64,000 nt of DNA from NCBI GenBank assembly GCA_032718475.1, contig JAUCBJ010009132.1, positions 114,118-178,117 of the forward strand. The letters are read 5' to 3'. The translations under genes and the position numbers were made by a program. Source of the stretch: Nemertoderma westbladi (lineage: Eukaryota > Animalia > Xenacoelomorpha). Below, in pieces: positions 47,251-61,800 of this stretch; positions within the stretch are counted from its first letter, which is position 1, and every line of letters starts with the position of its first letter. The notes beneath the pieces were generated by a model. That model was not told the origin of the DNA. It did no database searches and saw only the letters and a program-made list of their open reading frames with translations.

Positions 47251-48798
47251 AACGCGGGTAATGAATGTTAGACCGGACCTATACGCGAACGCGGGTAATG
47301 AATGTTAGACCGGACCTATACGCGAACGCGGGTAATGAATGTTAGATCGGACCTATACGCGAACGCGGGTAATGAATGTTAGACCGGACCTATACGCGAA
47401 CGCGGGTAATGAATGTTAGACCGGACCAATACGCGAACGCGGGTAATGGATGTTAGACCGGACCTATACGCGAACGCGGGTAATGAATGTTAGATCGGAC
47501 CTATACGCGAACGCGGGTAATGAATGTTAGATCGGACCTATACGCGAACGCGGGTAATGAATGTTAGACCGGACCTATACGCGGGTAATGAATGTTAGAC
47601 CGGACCTATACGCGAACGCGGGTAATGAATGTTAGACCGGACCTATACGCGAACGCGGGTAATGAATGTTAGACCGGACCTATACGCGAACGCGGGTAAT
47701 GAATGTTAGACCGGACCTATACGCGAACGCGGGTAATGAATGTTAGACCGGACCTATACGCGAACGCGGGTAATGAATGTTAGACCGGACCTATACGCGA
47801 ACGCGGGTAATGAATGTTAGATCGGACCTATACGCGAACGCGGGTAATGAATGTTAGACCGGACCTATACGCGAACGCGGGTAATGAATGTTAGACCGGA
47901 CCTATACGCGAACGCGGGTAATGAATGTTAGACCGGACCTATACGCGAACGCGGGTAATGAATGTTAGACCGGACCTATACGCGAACGCGGGTAATGAAT
48001 GTTAGACCGGACCAATACGCGAACGCGGGTAATGAATGTTAGACCGGACCTATACGCGAACGCGGGTAATGAATGTTAGACCGGACCTATACGCGAACGC
48101 GGGTAATGAATGTTAGACCGGACCTATACGCGAATGCGGGTAATGAATGTTAGACCGGACCTATACGCGAACGCGGGTAATGAATGTTAGACCGGACCTA
48201 TACGCGAACGCGGGTAATGAATGTTAGACCGGACCTATACGCGAACGCGGGTAATGAATGTTAGACCGGACCTATACGCGAACGCGGGTAATGAATGTTA
48301 GACCGGACCTATACGCGAACGCGGGTAATGAATGTTAGACCGGACCTATACGCGAACGCGGGTAATGAATGTTAGATCGGACCTATACGCGAACGCGGGT
48401 AATGAATGTTAGACCGGACCTATACGCGAACGCGGGTAATGAATGTTAGACCGGACCTATACGCGAACGCGGGTAATGAATGTTAGACCGGACCTATACG
48501 CGAACGCGGGTAATGAATGTTAGACCGGACCTATACGCGAACGCGGGTAATGAATGTTAGACCGGACCTATACGCGAACGCGGGTAATGAATGTTAGACC
48601 GGACCTATACGCGAACGCGGGTAATGAATGTTAGACCGGACCAATACGCGAACGCGGGTAATGAATGTTAGACCGGACCTATACGCGAACGCGGGTAATG
48701 AATGTTAGACCGGACCTATACGCGAACGCGGGTAGTGGATGTTAGACCGGACCTATACGCGAACGCGGGTAAATGAATGTTAGACCGGACCTATACGC
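47251..48798. repeat. 37-bp minisatellite, ~42 copies
   Basis: Unit AACGCGGGTAATGAATGTTAGACCGGACCTATACGCG. Confidence 0.97.
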
Positions 48799-49316
48799 CT
48801 ATACGGACCTATATAAAGTCAATAGAACAGGTTATAGTTTTATTTTTGGGATTTATAAAAATGTAAAAAAAATCGACTTCCGTAGGGACAATGTTAAATG
48901 TAGAATCCGGATACGGATCCGCGTTTTACTCTGACCCTATTGTTGAGAGTTGTTTGAATAGAAGGTCCAAATAATGATACGACGAATCTGTTTGCAGTGT
49001 TTATATTTGAGTTAGATTTTTCTTTCGATTTACGGTCTAGGTTGTTTGAATTAAATACGATTTGTAGTTTGATTATTTAAATTATACTGATAATTTATAA
49101 AATGTAATAACAGCGGATGCGGGATGGCGGATTTGTTTTGTAAATAGTATTTCTTCCTACTTAATTAATGCAATCTGTACTACGTAGCGTGCGTATCATA
49201 ATTATATAAATATATGTGAAAATATTGGAAATAATGTTATTTCACAAATAATAACTTTTTCATCAAGCTTAGAGGGGCGAATTCAGTTTTAATACACAAA
49301 TGTACACAACACAAAC

Positions 49317-49610
49317 AGCAGCTTGGTGTAGTGGTGACCTTCCTGGGTTTCCAATTAGGAAGCCCTGGTTCGATCCCTGGATGGGGCAACACTCTTTGGT
49401 CACAGTGCTTTAAATGCTGCAGCCCAGCCCAACCCTAGCTTCCATTCATCCTTGACTGGTCGATAAATGGGAACCAAGGCAACCTGGGAAACAGAGTGGA
49501 AGGGTTTACTGTGGAAGATCACCCATGGTGGTGAACAGGCATTCCTTGGCTTAACGAGCCTAAAATATTCTCCCATTCAATAAACAAATGTAATTATTAT
49601 TCTAATAATG
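49317..49610 (+). mobile_element. tRNA-derived SINE
   Basis: A box TGGTGTAGTGG, B box GGTTCGATCCC, body with CTTCCATTCATCC...GGTCGATAAATGGGAACC resembling metazoan SINE cores, and an AT-rich tail. Confidence 0.75.
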
Positions 49611-49847
49611 TATAATACGTCAAGACAGGGGGGGGGGGGGGGGGGGGTGGGGGGGTACGTTATTTTAACCAAAACAATATACTAAACACAATAAAACATG
49701 TTACAGTTTTATTTTTGAGAGTAATCAGCTGTTATTCGCGTCGAATTTCCCCCGGAGAGGGATGAATTTTTATTCATATTATATATCTGAATGCGTCATG
49801 GTATCAAATAATGATTTAAAGTTATAATTGAGTAAAATATTTGAATG

Positions 49848-52800
49848 TTAGTTGGACCCACCTGAGCTGCCTTTGTGACAGCGATTATTCCCGTAGTTGC
49901 ACCCACCTGAGCTGCCTTTGTGACAGCGAGTATTCCCATTAGTTGCACCCACCTGAGCTGCCTTTGTGACAGCGACTATTCCCGTAGTTGGACCCACCTG
50001 AGCTGCCTTTGTGACAGCGATTATTCCCGTAGTTGTACCCACCTGAGCTGCCTTTGTGACAGCGAGTATTCCTATTAGTTGCACCCACCTGAGCTGCCTT
50101 TGTGACAGCGACTATTCCCGTAGTTGCACCCACCTGAGCTGCCTTTGTGACAGCGAGTATTCCTATTAGTTGCACCCACCTGAGCTGCCTTTGTGACAGC
50201 GATTATTCCCGTAGTTGTACCCACCTGAGCTGCCTTTGTGACAGCGACTACTCCCATTAGTTGCACCCACCTGAGCTGCCTTTGTGACAGCGACTATTCC
50301 CGTAGTTGGACCCACCTGAGCTGCCTTTGTGACAGCGACTATTCCTATTAGTTGCACCCACCTGAGCTGCCTTTGTGACAGCGACTATTCCCGTAGTTGC
50401 ACCCACCTGAGCTGCCTTTGTGACAGCGACTATTCCCATTAGTTGCACCCACCTGAGCTGCCTTTGTGACAGCTACTACTCCCGTAGTTGGACCCACCTG
50501 AGCTGCCTTTGTGACAGCGACTATTCCCATTAGTTGCACCCACCTGAGCTGCCTTTGTGACAGCGACTATTCCCGTAGTTGCACCCACCTGAGCTGCCTT
50601 TGTGACAGCGACTATTCCCATTAGTTGCACCCACCTGAGCTGCCTTTGTGACAGCGACTATTCCCGTAGTTGGACCCACCTGAGCTGCCTTTGTGACAGC
50701 GACTATTCCTATTAGTTGCACCCACCTGAGCTGCCTTTGTGACAGCGACTATTCCCGTAGTTGCACCCACCTGAGCTGCCTTTGTGACAGCGACTATTCC
50801 CGTAGTTGCACCCACCTGAGCTGCCTTTGTGACAGCGACTATTCCCGTAGTTGGACCCACCTGAGCTGCCTTTGTGACAGCGACTATTCCCGTAGTTGGA
50901 CCCACCTGAGCTGCCTTTGTGACAGCGACTATTCCCATTAGTTGCACCCACCTGAGCTGCCTTTGTGACAGCGACTATTCCCGTAGTTGCACCCACCTGA
51001 GCTGCCTTTGTGACAGCGACTACTCCCCGTAGTTGCACCCACCTGAGCTGCCTTTGTGACAGCGACTATTCCCATAGTTGGACCCACCTGAGCTGCCTTT
51101 GTGACAGCGACTATTCCCATTAGTTGGACCCACCTGAGCTGCCTTTGTGACAGCGACTATTCCCGTAGTTGGACCCACCTGAGCTGCCTTTGTGACAGCG
51201 ACTATTCCCGTAGTTGCACCCACCTGAGCTGCCTTTGTGACAGCGACTATTCCCAGTAGTTGGACCCACCTGAGCTGCCTTTGTGACAGCGACTACTCCC
51301 GTAGTTGGACCCACCTGAGCTGCCTTTGTGACAGCGACTATTCCCGTAGTTGCACCCACCTGAGCTGCCTTTGTGACAGCGACTATTCCCATTAGTTGGA
51401 CCCACCTGAGCTGCCTTTGTGACAGCGACTATTCCCGTAGTTGGACCCACCTGAGCTGCCTTTGTGACAGCGACTATTCCCGTTAGTTGCACCCACCTGA
51501 GCTGCCTTTGTGACAGCGACTATTCCCGTAGTTGGACCCACCTGAGCTGCCTTTGTGACAGCGACTATTCCCGTAGTTGGACCCACCTGAGCTGCCTTTG
51601 TGACAGCGACTATTCCCATTAGTTGGACCCACCTGAGCTGCCTTTGTGACAGCGACTATTCCCATTAGTTGCACCCACCTGAGCTGCCTTTGTGACAGCG
51701 ACTATTCCCGTAGTTGGACCCACCTGAGCTGCCTTTGTGACAGCGACTATTCCCGTAGTTGCACCCACCTGAGCTGCCTTTGTGACAGCGACTATTCCCG
51801 TAGTTGAACCCACCTGAGCTGCCTTTGTGACAGCGACTATTCCCGTAGTTGGACCCACCTGAGCTGCCTTTGTGACAGCGACTATTCCCATTAGTTGCAC
51901 CCACCTGAGCTGCCTTTGTGACAGCGACTATTCCCATTAGTTGGACCCACCTGAGCTGCCTTTGTGACAGCGACTATTCCCGTAGTTGCACCCACCTGAG
52001 CTGCCTTTGTGACAGCGACTATTCCCGTAGTTGAACCCACCTGAGCTGCCTTTGTGACAGCGACTATTCCCGTAGTTGGACCCACCTGAGCTGCCTTTGT
52101 GACAGCGACTATTCCCGTAGTTGGACCCACCTGAGCTGCCTTTGTGACAGCGACTATTCCCGTAGTTGCACCCACCTGAGCTGCCTTTGTGACAGCGACT
52201 ATTCCCGTAGTTGGACCCACCTGAGCTGCCTTTGTGACAGCGACTATTCCCGTAGTTGGACCCACCTGAGCTGCCTTTGTGACAGCGACTATTCCCATTA
52301 GTTGCACCCACCTGAGCTGCCTTTGTGACAGCGACTATTCCCATAGTTGGACCCACCTGAGCTGCCTTTGTGACAGCGACTATTCCAATTAGTTGCACCC
52401 ACCTGAGCTGCCTTTGTGACAGCGACTATTCCCATTAGTTGCACCCACCTGAGCTGCCTTTGTGACAGCGACTATTCCCATAGTTGCACCCACCTGAGCT
52501 GCCTTTGTGACAGCGACTATTCCCGTAGTTGGACCCACCTGAGCTGCCTTTGTGACAGCGACTATTCCCGTAGTTGCACCCACCTGAGCTGCCTTTGTGA
52601 CAGCGACTATTCCCGTAGTTGGACCCACCTGAGCTGCCTTTGTGACAGCGACTATTCCAATTAGTTGCACCCACCTGAGCTGCCTTTGTGACAGCGACTA
52701 TTCCCGTAGTTGCACCCACCTGAGCTGCCTTTGTGACAGCGACTATTCCCGTAGTTGCACCCACCTGAGCTGCCTTTGTGACAGCAACTATTCCCATAGT

Positions 52801-55800
52801 TGAACCCACCTGAGCTGCCTTTGTGACAGCGACTATTCCCGTAGTTGGACCCACCTGAGCTGCCTTTGTGACAGCGACTATTCCCATTAGTTGCACCCAC
52901 CTGAGCTGCCTTTGTGACAGCGACTATTCCCATTAGTTGCACCCACCTGAGCTGCCTTTGTGACAGCGACTATTCCAATTAGTTGCACCCACCTGAGCTG
53001 CCTTTGTGACAGCGACTATTCCCATTAGTTGCACCCACCTGAGCTGCCTTTGTGACAGCGACTATTCCAATTAGTTGCACCCACCTGAGCTGCCTTTGTG
53101 ACAGCGACTATTCCCGTAGTTGGACCCACCTGAGCTGCCTTTGTGACAGCGACTATTCCAATTAGTTGCACCCACCTGAGCTGCCTTTGTGACAGCGACT
53201 ATTCCCGTAGTTGCACCCACCTGAGCTGCCTTTGTGACAGCGACTATTCCCGTAGTTGCACCCACCTGAGCTGCCTTTGTGACAGCGACTATTCCCATAG
53301 TTGAACCCACCTGAGCTGCCTTTGTGACAGCGACTATTCCCGTAGTTGGACCCACCTGAGCTGCCTTTGTGACAGCGACTATTCCAATTAGTTGCACCCA
53401 CCTGAGCTGCCTTTGTGACAGCGACTATTCCCGTAGTTGCACCCACCTGAGCTGCCTTTGTGACAGCGACTATTCCCGTAGTTGGACCCACCTGAGCTGC
53501 CTTTGTGACAGCGACTATTCCCGTAGTTGGACCCACCTGAGCTGCCTTTGTGACAGCGACTATTCCAATTAGTTGGACCCACCTGAGCTGCCTTTGTGAC
53601 AGCGACTATTCCCGTAGTTGGACCCACCTGAGCTGCCTTTGTGACAGCGACTATTCCAATTAGTTGCACCCACCTGAGCTGCCTTTGTGACAGCGACTAT
53701 TCCCGTAGTTGCACCCACCTGAGCTGCCTTTGTGACAGCGACTATTCCCGTAGTTGCACCCACCTGAGCTGCCTTTGTGACAGCGACTATTCCCGTAGTT
53801 GGACCCACCTGAGCTGCCTTTGTGACAGCGACTATTCCCGTAGTTGGACCCACCTGAGCTGCCTTTGTGACAGCGACTATTCCAATTAGTTGCACCCACC
53901 TGAGCTGCCTTTGTGACAGCGACTATTCCCGTAGTTGAACCCACCTGAGCTGCCTTTGTGACAGCGACTATTCCCGTAGTTGGACCCACCTGAGCTGCCT
54001 TTGTGACAGCGACTATTCCAATTAGTTGCACCCACCTGAGCTGCCTTTGTGACAGCAACTATTCCCATAGTTGAACCCACCTGAGCTGCCTTTGTGACAG
54101 CGACTATTCCCGTAGTTGGACCCACCTGAGCTGCCTTTGTGACAGCGACTATTCCCGTAGTTGGACCCACCTGAGCTGCCTTTGTGACAGCGACTATTCC
54201 CGTAGTTGGACCCACCTGAGCTGCCTTTGTGACAGCGACTATTCCAATTAGTTGGACCCACCTGAGCTGCCTTTGTGACAGCGACTATTCCAATTAGTTG
54301 CACCCACCTGAGCTGCCTTTGTGACAGCGACTATTCCAATTAGTTGCACCCACCTGAGCTGCCTTTGTGACAGCGACTATTCCCGTAGTTGCACCCACCT
54401 GAGCTGCCTTTGTGACAGCGACTATTCCCGTAGTTGCACCCACCTGAGCTGCCTTTGTGACAGCGACTATTCCCGTAGTTGGACCCACCTGAGCTGCCTT
54501 TGTGACAGCGACTATTCCCGTAGTTGGACCCACCTGAGCTGCCTTTGTGACAGCGACTATTCCAATTAGTTGCACCCACCTGAGCTGCCTTTGTGACAGC
54601 GACTATTCCAATTAGTTGCACCCACCTGAGCTGCCTTTGTGACAGCGACTATTCCCATAGTTGAACCCACCTGAGCTGCCTTTGTGACAGCGACTATTCC
54701 CGTAGTTGGACCCACCTGAGCTGCCTTTGTGACAGCGACTATTCCCGTAGTTGGACCCACCTGAGCTGCCTTTGTGACAGCGACTATTCCCGTAGTTGGA
54801 CCCACCTGAGCTGCCTTTGTGACAGCGACTATTCCAATTAGTTGGACCCACCTGAGCTGCCTTTGTGACAGCGACTATTCCAATTAGTTGCACCCACCTG
54901 AGCTGCCTTTGTGACAGCGACTATTCCCGTAGTTGCACCCACCTGAGCTGCCTTTGTGACAGCGACTATTCCCGTAGTTGCACCCACCTGAGCTGCCTTT
55001 GTGACAGCGACTATTCCCGTAGTTGGACCCACCTGAGCTGCCTTTGTGACAGCGACTATTCCCGTAGTTGGACCCACCTGAGCTGCCTTTGTGACAGCGA
55101 CTATTCCCGTAGTTGGACCCACCTGAGCTGCCTTTGTGACAGCGACTATTCCAATTAGTTGCACCCACCTGAGCTGCCTTTGTGACAGCGACTATTCCCA
55201 TAGTTGAACCCACCTGAGCTGCCTTTGTGACAGCGACTATTCCCGTAGTTGGACCCACCTGAGCTGCCTTTGTGACAGCGACTATTCCCGTAGTTGGACC
55301 CACCTGAGCTGCCTTTGTGACAGCGACTATTCCCGTAGTTGGACCCACCTGAGCTGCCTTTGTGACAGCGACTATTCCAATTAGTTGGACCCACCTGAGC
55401 TGCCTTTGTGACAGCGACTATTCCAATTAGTTGCACCCACCTGAGCTGCCTTTGTGACAGCGACTATTCCCGTAGTTGGACCCACCTGAGCTGCCTTTGT
55501 GACAGCGACTATTCCCGTAGTTGCACCCACCTGAGCTGCCTTTGTGACAGCGACTATTCCCGTAGTTGAACCCACCTGAGCTGCCTTTGTGACAGCGACT
55601 ATTCCCGTAGTTGCACCCACCTGAGCTGCCTTTGTGACAGCGACTATTCCCATAGTTGAACCCACCTGAGCTGCCTTTGTGACAGCGACTATTCCCGTAG
55701 TTGCACCCACCTGAGCTGCCTTTGTGACAGCGACTATTCCCGTAGTTGGACCCACCTGAGCTGCCTTTGTGACAGCGACTATTCCCGTAGTTGCACCCAC

Positions 55801-58800
55801 CTGAGCTGCCTTTGTGACAGCGACTATTCCCGTAGTTGAACCCACCTGAGCTGCCTTTGTGACAGCGACTATTCCCGTAGTTGGACCCACCTGAGCTGCC
55901 TTTGTGACAGCGACTATTCCAATTAGTTGGACCCACCTGAGCTGCCTTTGTGACAGCGACTATTCCCATTAGTTGGACCCACCTGAGCTGCCTTTGTGAC
56001 AGCGACTATTCCCATTAGTTGCACCCACCTGAGCTGCCTTTGTGACAGCGACTATTCCCATAGTTGAACCCACCTGAGCTGCCTTTGTGACAGCGACTAT
56101 TCCCGTAGTTGGACCCACCTGAGCTGCCTTTGTGACAGCGACTATTCCAATTAGTTGCACCCACCTGAGCTGCCTTTGTGACAGCGACTATTCCCATTAG
56201 TTGCACCCACCTGAGCTGCCTTTGTGACAGCGACTATTCCCATAGTTGAACCCACCTGAGCTGCCTTTGTGACAGCGACTATTCCCGTAGTTGGACCCAC
56301 CTGAGCTGCCTTTGTGACAGCGACTATTCCCGTAGTTGGACCCACCTGAGCTGCCTTTGTGACAGCGACTATTCCCGTAGTTGGACCCACCTGAGCTGCC
56401 TTTGTGACAGCGACTATTCCAATTAGTTGGACCCACCTGAGCTGCCTTTGTGACAGCGACTATTCCCATTAGTTGCACCCACCTGAGCTGCCTTTGTGAC
56501 AGCGACTATTCCCGTAGTTGCACCCACCTGAGCTGCCTTTGTGACAGCGACTATTCCCGTAGTTGCACCCACCTGAGCTGCCTTTGTGACAGCGACTATT
56601 CCCGTAGTTGGACCCACCTGAGCTGCCTTTGTGACAGCGACTATTCCCGTAGTTGGACCCACCTGAGCTGCCTTTGTGACAGCGACTATTCCCGTAGTTG
56701 GACCCACCTGAGCTGCCTTTGTGACAGCGACTATTCCAATTAGTTGCACCCACCTGAGCTGCCTTTGTGACAGCGACTATTCCCATAGTTGAACCCACCT
56801 GAGCTGCCTTTGTGACAGCGACTATTCCCGTAGTTGGACCCACCTGAGCTGCCTTTGTGACAGCGACTATTCCCGTAGTTGGACCCACCTGAGCTGCCTT
56901 TGTGACAGCGACTATTCCCGTAGTTGGACCCACCTGAGCTGCCTTTGTGACAGCGACTATTCCAATTAGTTGGACCCACCTGAGCTGCCTTTGTGACAGC
57001 GACTATTCCAATTAGTTGCACCCACCTGAGCTGCCTTTGTGACAGCGACTATTCCCGTAGTTGGACCCACCTGAGCTGCCTTTGTGACAGCGACTATTCC
57101 CGTAGTTGCACCCACCTGAGCTGCCTTTGTGACAGCGACTATTCCCGTAGTTGGACCCACCTGAGCTGCCTTTGTGACAGCGACTATTCCCGTAGTTGCA
57201 CCCACCTGAGCTGCCTTTGTGACAGCGACTATTCCCATAGTTGAACCCACCTGAGCTGCCTTTGTGACAGCGACTATTCCCGTAGTTGCACCCACCTGAG
57301 CTGCCTTTGTGACAGCGACTATTCCCGTAGTTGGACCCACCTGAGCTGCCTTTGTGACAGCGACTATTCCCGTAGTTGCACCCACCTGAGCTGCCTTTGT
57401 GACAGCGACTATTCCCGTAGTTGAACCCACCTGAGCTGCCTTTGTGACAGCGACTATTCCCGTAGTTGGACCCACCTGAGCTGCCTTTGTGACAGCGACT
57501 ATTCCAATTAGTTGGACCCACCTGAGCTGCCTTTGTGACAGCGACTATTCCCATTAGTTGGACCCACCTGAGCTGCCTTTGTGACAGCGACTATTCCCAT
57601 TAGTTGCACCCACCTGAGCTGCCTTTGTGACAGCGACTATTCCCATAGTTGAACCCACCTGAGCTGCCTTTGTGACAGCGACTATTCCCGTAGTTGGACC
57701 CACCTGAGCTGCCTTTGTGACAGCGACTATTCCCATTAGTTGCACCCACCTGAGCTGCCTTTGTGACAGCGACTATTCCCGTAGTTGGACCCACCTGAGC
57801 TGCCTTTGTGACAGCGACTATTCCCATTAGTTGCACCCACCTGAGCTGCCTTTGTGACAGCGACTATTCCCATAGTTGGACCCACCTGAGCTGCCTTTGT
57901 GACAGCGACTATTCCCGTAGTTGGACCCACCTGAGCTGCCTTTGTGACAGCGACTATTCCCGTAGTTGGACCCACCTGAGCTGCCTTTGTGACAGCGACT
58001 ATTCCCATTAGTTGGACCCACCTGAGCTGCCTTTGTGACAGCGACTATTCCCGTAGTTGGACCCACCTGAGCTGCCTTTGTGACAGCGACTATTCCCGTA
58101 GTTGGACCCACCTGAGCTGCCTTTGTGACAGCGACTATTCCCGTAGTTGGACCCACCTGAGCTGCCTTTGTGACAGCGACTATTCCCGTAGTTGGACCCA
58201 CCTGAGCTGCCTTTGTGACAGCGACTATTCCCGTAGTTGGACCCACCTGAGCTGCCTTTGTGACAGCGACTATTCCCGTAGTTGGACCCACCTGAGCTGC
58301 CTTTGTGACAGCGACTATTCCAATTAGTTGCACCCACCTGAGCTGCCTTTGTGACAGCGACTATTCCCGTAGTTGCACCCACCTGAGCTGCCTTTGTGAC
58401 AGCGACTATTCCCGTAGTTGAACCCACCTGAGCTGCCTTTGTGACAGCGACTATTCCCGTAGTTGGACCCACCTGAGCTGCCTTTGTGACAGCGACTATT
58501 CCAATTAGTTGCACCCACCTGAGCTGCCTTTGTGACAGCGACTATTCCCATTAGTTGCACCCACCTGAGCTGCCTTTGTGACAGCGACTATACCAATTAG
58601 TTGCACCCACCTGAGCTGCCTTTGTGACAGCGACTATTCCCATTAGTTGCACCCACCTGAGCTGCCTTTGTGACAGCGACTATTCCCGTAGTTGGACCCA
58701 CCTGAGCTGCCTTTGTGACAGCGACTACTCCCATTAGTTGCACCCACCTGAGCTGCCTTTGTGACAGCGACTATTCCCATTAGTTGCACCCACCTGAGCT

Positions 58801-61800
58801 GCCTTTGTGACAGCGACTATTCCCATTAGTTGCACCCACCTGAGCTGCCTTTGTGACAGCGACTATTCCCGTAGTTGAACCCACCTGAGCTGCCTTTGTG
58901 ACAGCGACTATTCCCGTAGTTGGACCCACCTGAGCTGCCTTTGTGACAGCGACTATTCCAATTAGTTGCACCCACCTGAGCTGCCTTTGTGACAGCGACT
59001 ACTCCCATTAGTTGGACCCACCTGAGCTGCCTTTGTGACAGCGACTATTCCTATAGTTGGACCCACCTGAGCTGCCTTTGTGACAGCTACTACTCCCGTA
59101 GTTGGACCCACCTGAGCTGCCTTTGTGACAGCGACTACTCCCATTAGTTGGACCCACCTGAGCTGCCTTTGTGACAGCGACTATTCCCATAGTTGAACCC
59201 ACCTGAGCTGCCTTTGTGACAGCGACTATTCCCGTAGTTGCACCCACCTGAGCTGCCTTTGTGACAGCTACTACCCCCGTAGTTGCACCCACCTGAGCTG
59301 CCTTTGTGACCGCGACTATTCCCATAGTTGGACCCACCTGAGCTGCCTTTGTGACAGCAACAATTCCCATTAGTTGGACCCACCTCAGCTGCTTTTGTGA
59401 CAGCGACTATTCCCGTAGTTGGACCCACCTGAGCTGCCTTTGTGACAGCGACTATTCCCGTAGTTGGACCCACCTGAGCTGCCTTTGTGACAGCGACTAT
59501 TCCCATTAGTTGGACCCACCTGAGCTGCCTTTGTGACAGCTACTACTCCCGTAGTTGGACCCACCTGAGCTGCCTTTGTGACAGCGACTATTCCCGTAGT
59601 TGGACCCACCTGAGCTGCCTTTGTGACAGCGTCTATTCCCATTAGTTGCACCCACCTGACCTGCCTTTGTGACAGCGACTATTCCCATTAGTTGGACCCA
59701 CCTGAGCTGCCTTTGTGACAGCGACTATTCCAGTAGTTGGACCCACCTGAGCTGCCTTTGTGACAGCGACTATTCCCATTAGTCGCACCCACCTGAGCTG
59801 CCTTTGTGACAGCGACTATTCCCGTAGTTGGACCCACCTGAGCTGCCTTTGTGACAGCGACTACCCCCGTAGTTGCACCCACCTGAGCTGCCTTTGTGAC
59901 AGCGACTATTCCCATTAGTTGGACCCACCTGAGCTGCCTTTGTGACAGCGACTATTCCCAGTAGTTGGACCCACCTGAGCTGCCTTTGTGACAGCGACTA
60001 TTCCCATTAGTCGCACCCACCTGAGCTGCCTTTGTGACAGCGACTATTCCCGTAGTTGGACCCACCTGAGCTGCCTTTGTGACAGCGACTACCCCCGTAG
60101 TTGCACCCACCTGAGCTGCCTTTGTGACAGCGACTATTCCCGTAGTTGCACCCACCTGAGCTGCCTTTGTGACAGCGACTATTCCCGTAGTTGCACCCAC
60201 CTGAGCTGCCTTTGTGACAGCGACTATTCCCATTAGTTGCACCCACCTGAGCTGCCTTTGTGACAGCGACTATTCCCATTAGTTGGACCCACCTGAGCTG
60301 CCTTTGTGACAGCGACTACTCCCGTAGTTGCACCCACCTGAGCTGCCTTTGTGACAGCGACTATTCCCAGTAGTTGGACCCACCTGAGCTGCCTTTGTGA
60401 CAGCGACTATTCCAGTAGTTGGACCCACCTGAGCTGCCTTTGTGACAGCGACTATTCCCATTAGTTGCACCCACCTGAGCTGCCTTTGTGACAGCGACTA
60501 TTCCCGTAGTTGGACCCACCTGAGCTGCCTTTGTGACAGCGACTATTCCCCGTAGTTGCACCCACCTGAGCTGCCTTTGTGACAGCGACTATTCCCGTAG
60601 TTGCACCCACCTGAGCTGCCTTTGTGACAGCGACTATTCCCGTAGTTGCACCCACCTGAGCTGCCTTTGTGACAGCGACTATTCCCATTAGTTGCACCCA
60701 CCTGAGCTGCCTTTGTGACAGCGACTATTCCCATTAGTTGGACCCACCTGAGCTGCCTTTGTGACAGCTACTACTCCCGTAGTTGGACCCACCTGAGCTG
60801 CCTTTGTGACAGCGACTATTCCCGTAGTTGGACCCACCTGAGCTGCCTTTGTGACAGCGTCTATTCCCATTAGTTGCACCCACCTGACCTGCCTTTGTGA
60901 CAGCGACTATTCCCATTAGTTGGACCCACCTGAGCTGCCTTTGTGACAGCGACTATTCCAGTAGTTGGACCCACCTGAGCTGCCTTTGTGACAGCGACTA
61001 TTCCCGTAGTTGGACCCACCTGAGCTGCCTTTGTGACAGCGACTATTCCAATTAGTTGCGACCCACCTGAGCTGCCTTTGTGACAGCGACTATTCCCGTA
61101 GTTGCACCCACCTGAGCTGCCTTTGTGACAGCGACTATTCCCGTAGTTGGACCCACCTGAGCTGCCTTTGTGACAGCGACTATTCCCGTAGTTGGACCCA
61201 CCTGAGCTGCCTTTGTGACAGCGACTATTCCAGTAGTTGGACCCACCTGAGCTGCCTTTGTGACAGCGACTATTCCCATTAGTCGCACCCACCTGAGCTG
61301 CCTTTGTGACAGCGACTATTCCCGTAGTTGGACCCACCTGAGCTGCCTTTGTGACAGCGACTACCCCCGTAGTTGCACCCACCTGAGCTGCCTTTGTGAC
61401 AGCTACTATTCCCATTAGTTACACCCACCTGAGCTGCCTTTCTGACAGCGACTATTCCCGTAGTTGGACCCACCTGAGCTGCCTTTGTGACAGCGACTAT
61501 TCCCGTAGTTGGACCCACCTGAGCTGCCTTTGTGACAGCTACTATTCCCGTAGTTGCACCCACCTGAGCTGCCTTTGTGACAGCGACTATTCCCGTAGTT
61601 GGACCCACCTGAGCTGCCTTTGTGACAGCTACTATTCCCGTAGTTGCACCCACCTGAGCTGCCTTTGTGACAGCGACTATTCCCGTAGTTGGACCCACCT
61701 GAGCTGCCTTTGTGACAGCGACTATTCCAATTAGTTGCACCCACCTGAGCTGCCTTTGTGACAGCGACTATTCCCGTAGTTGCACCCACCTGAGCTGCCT

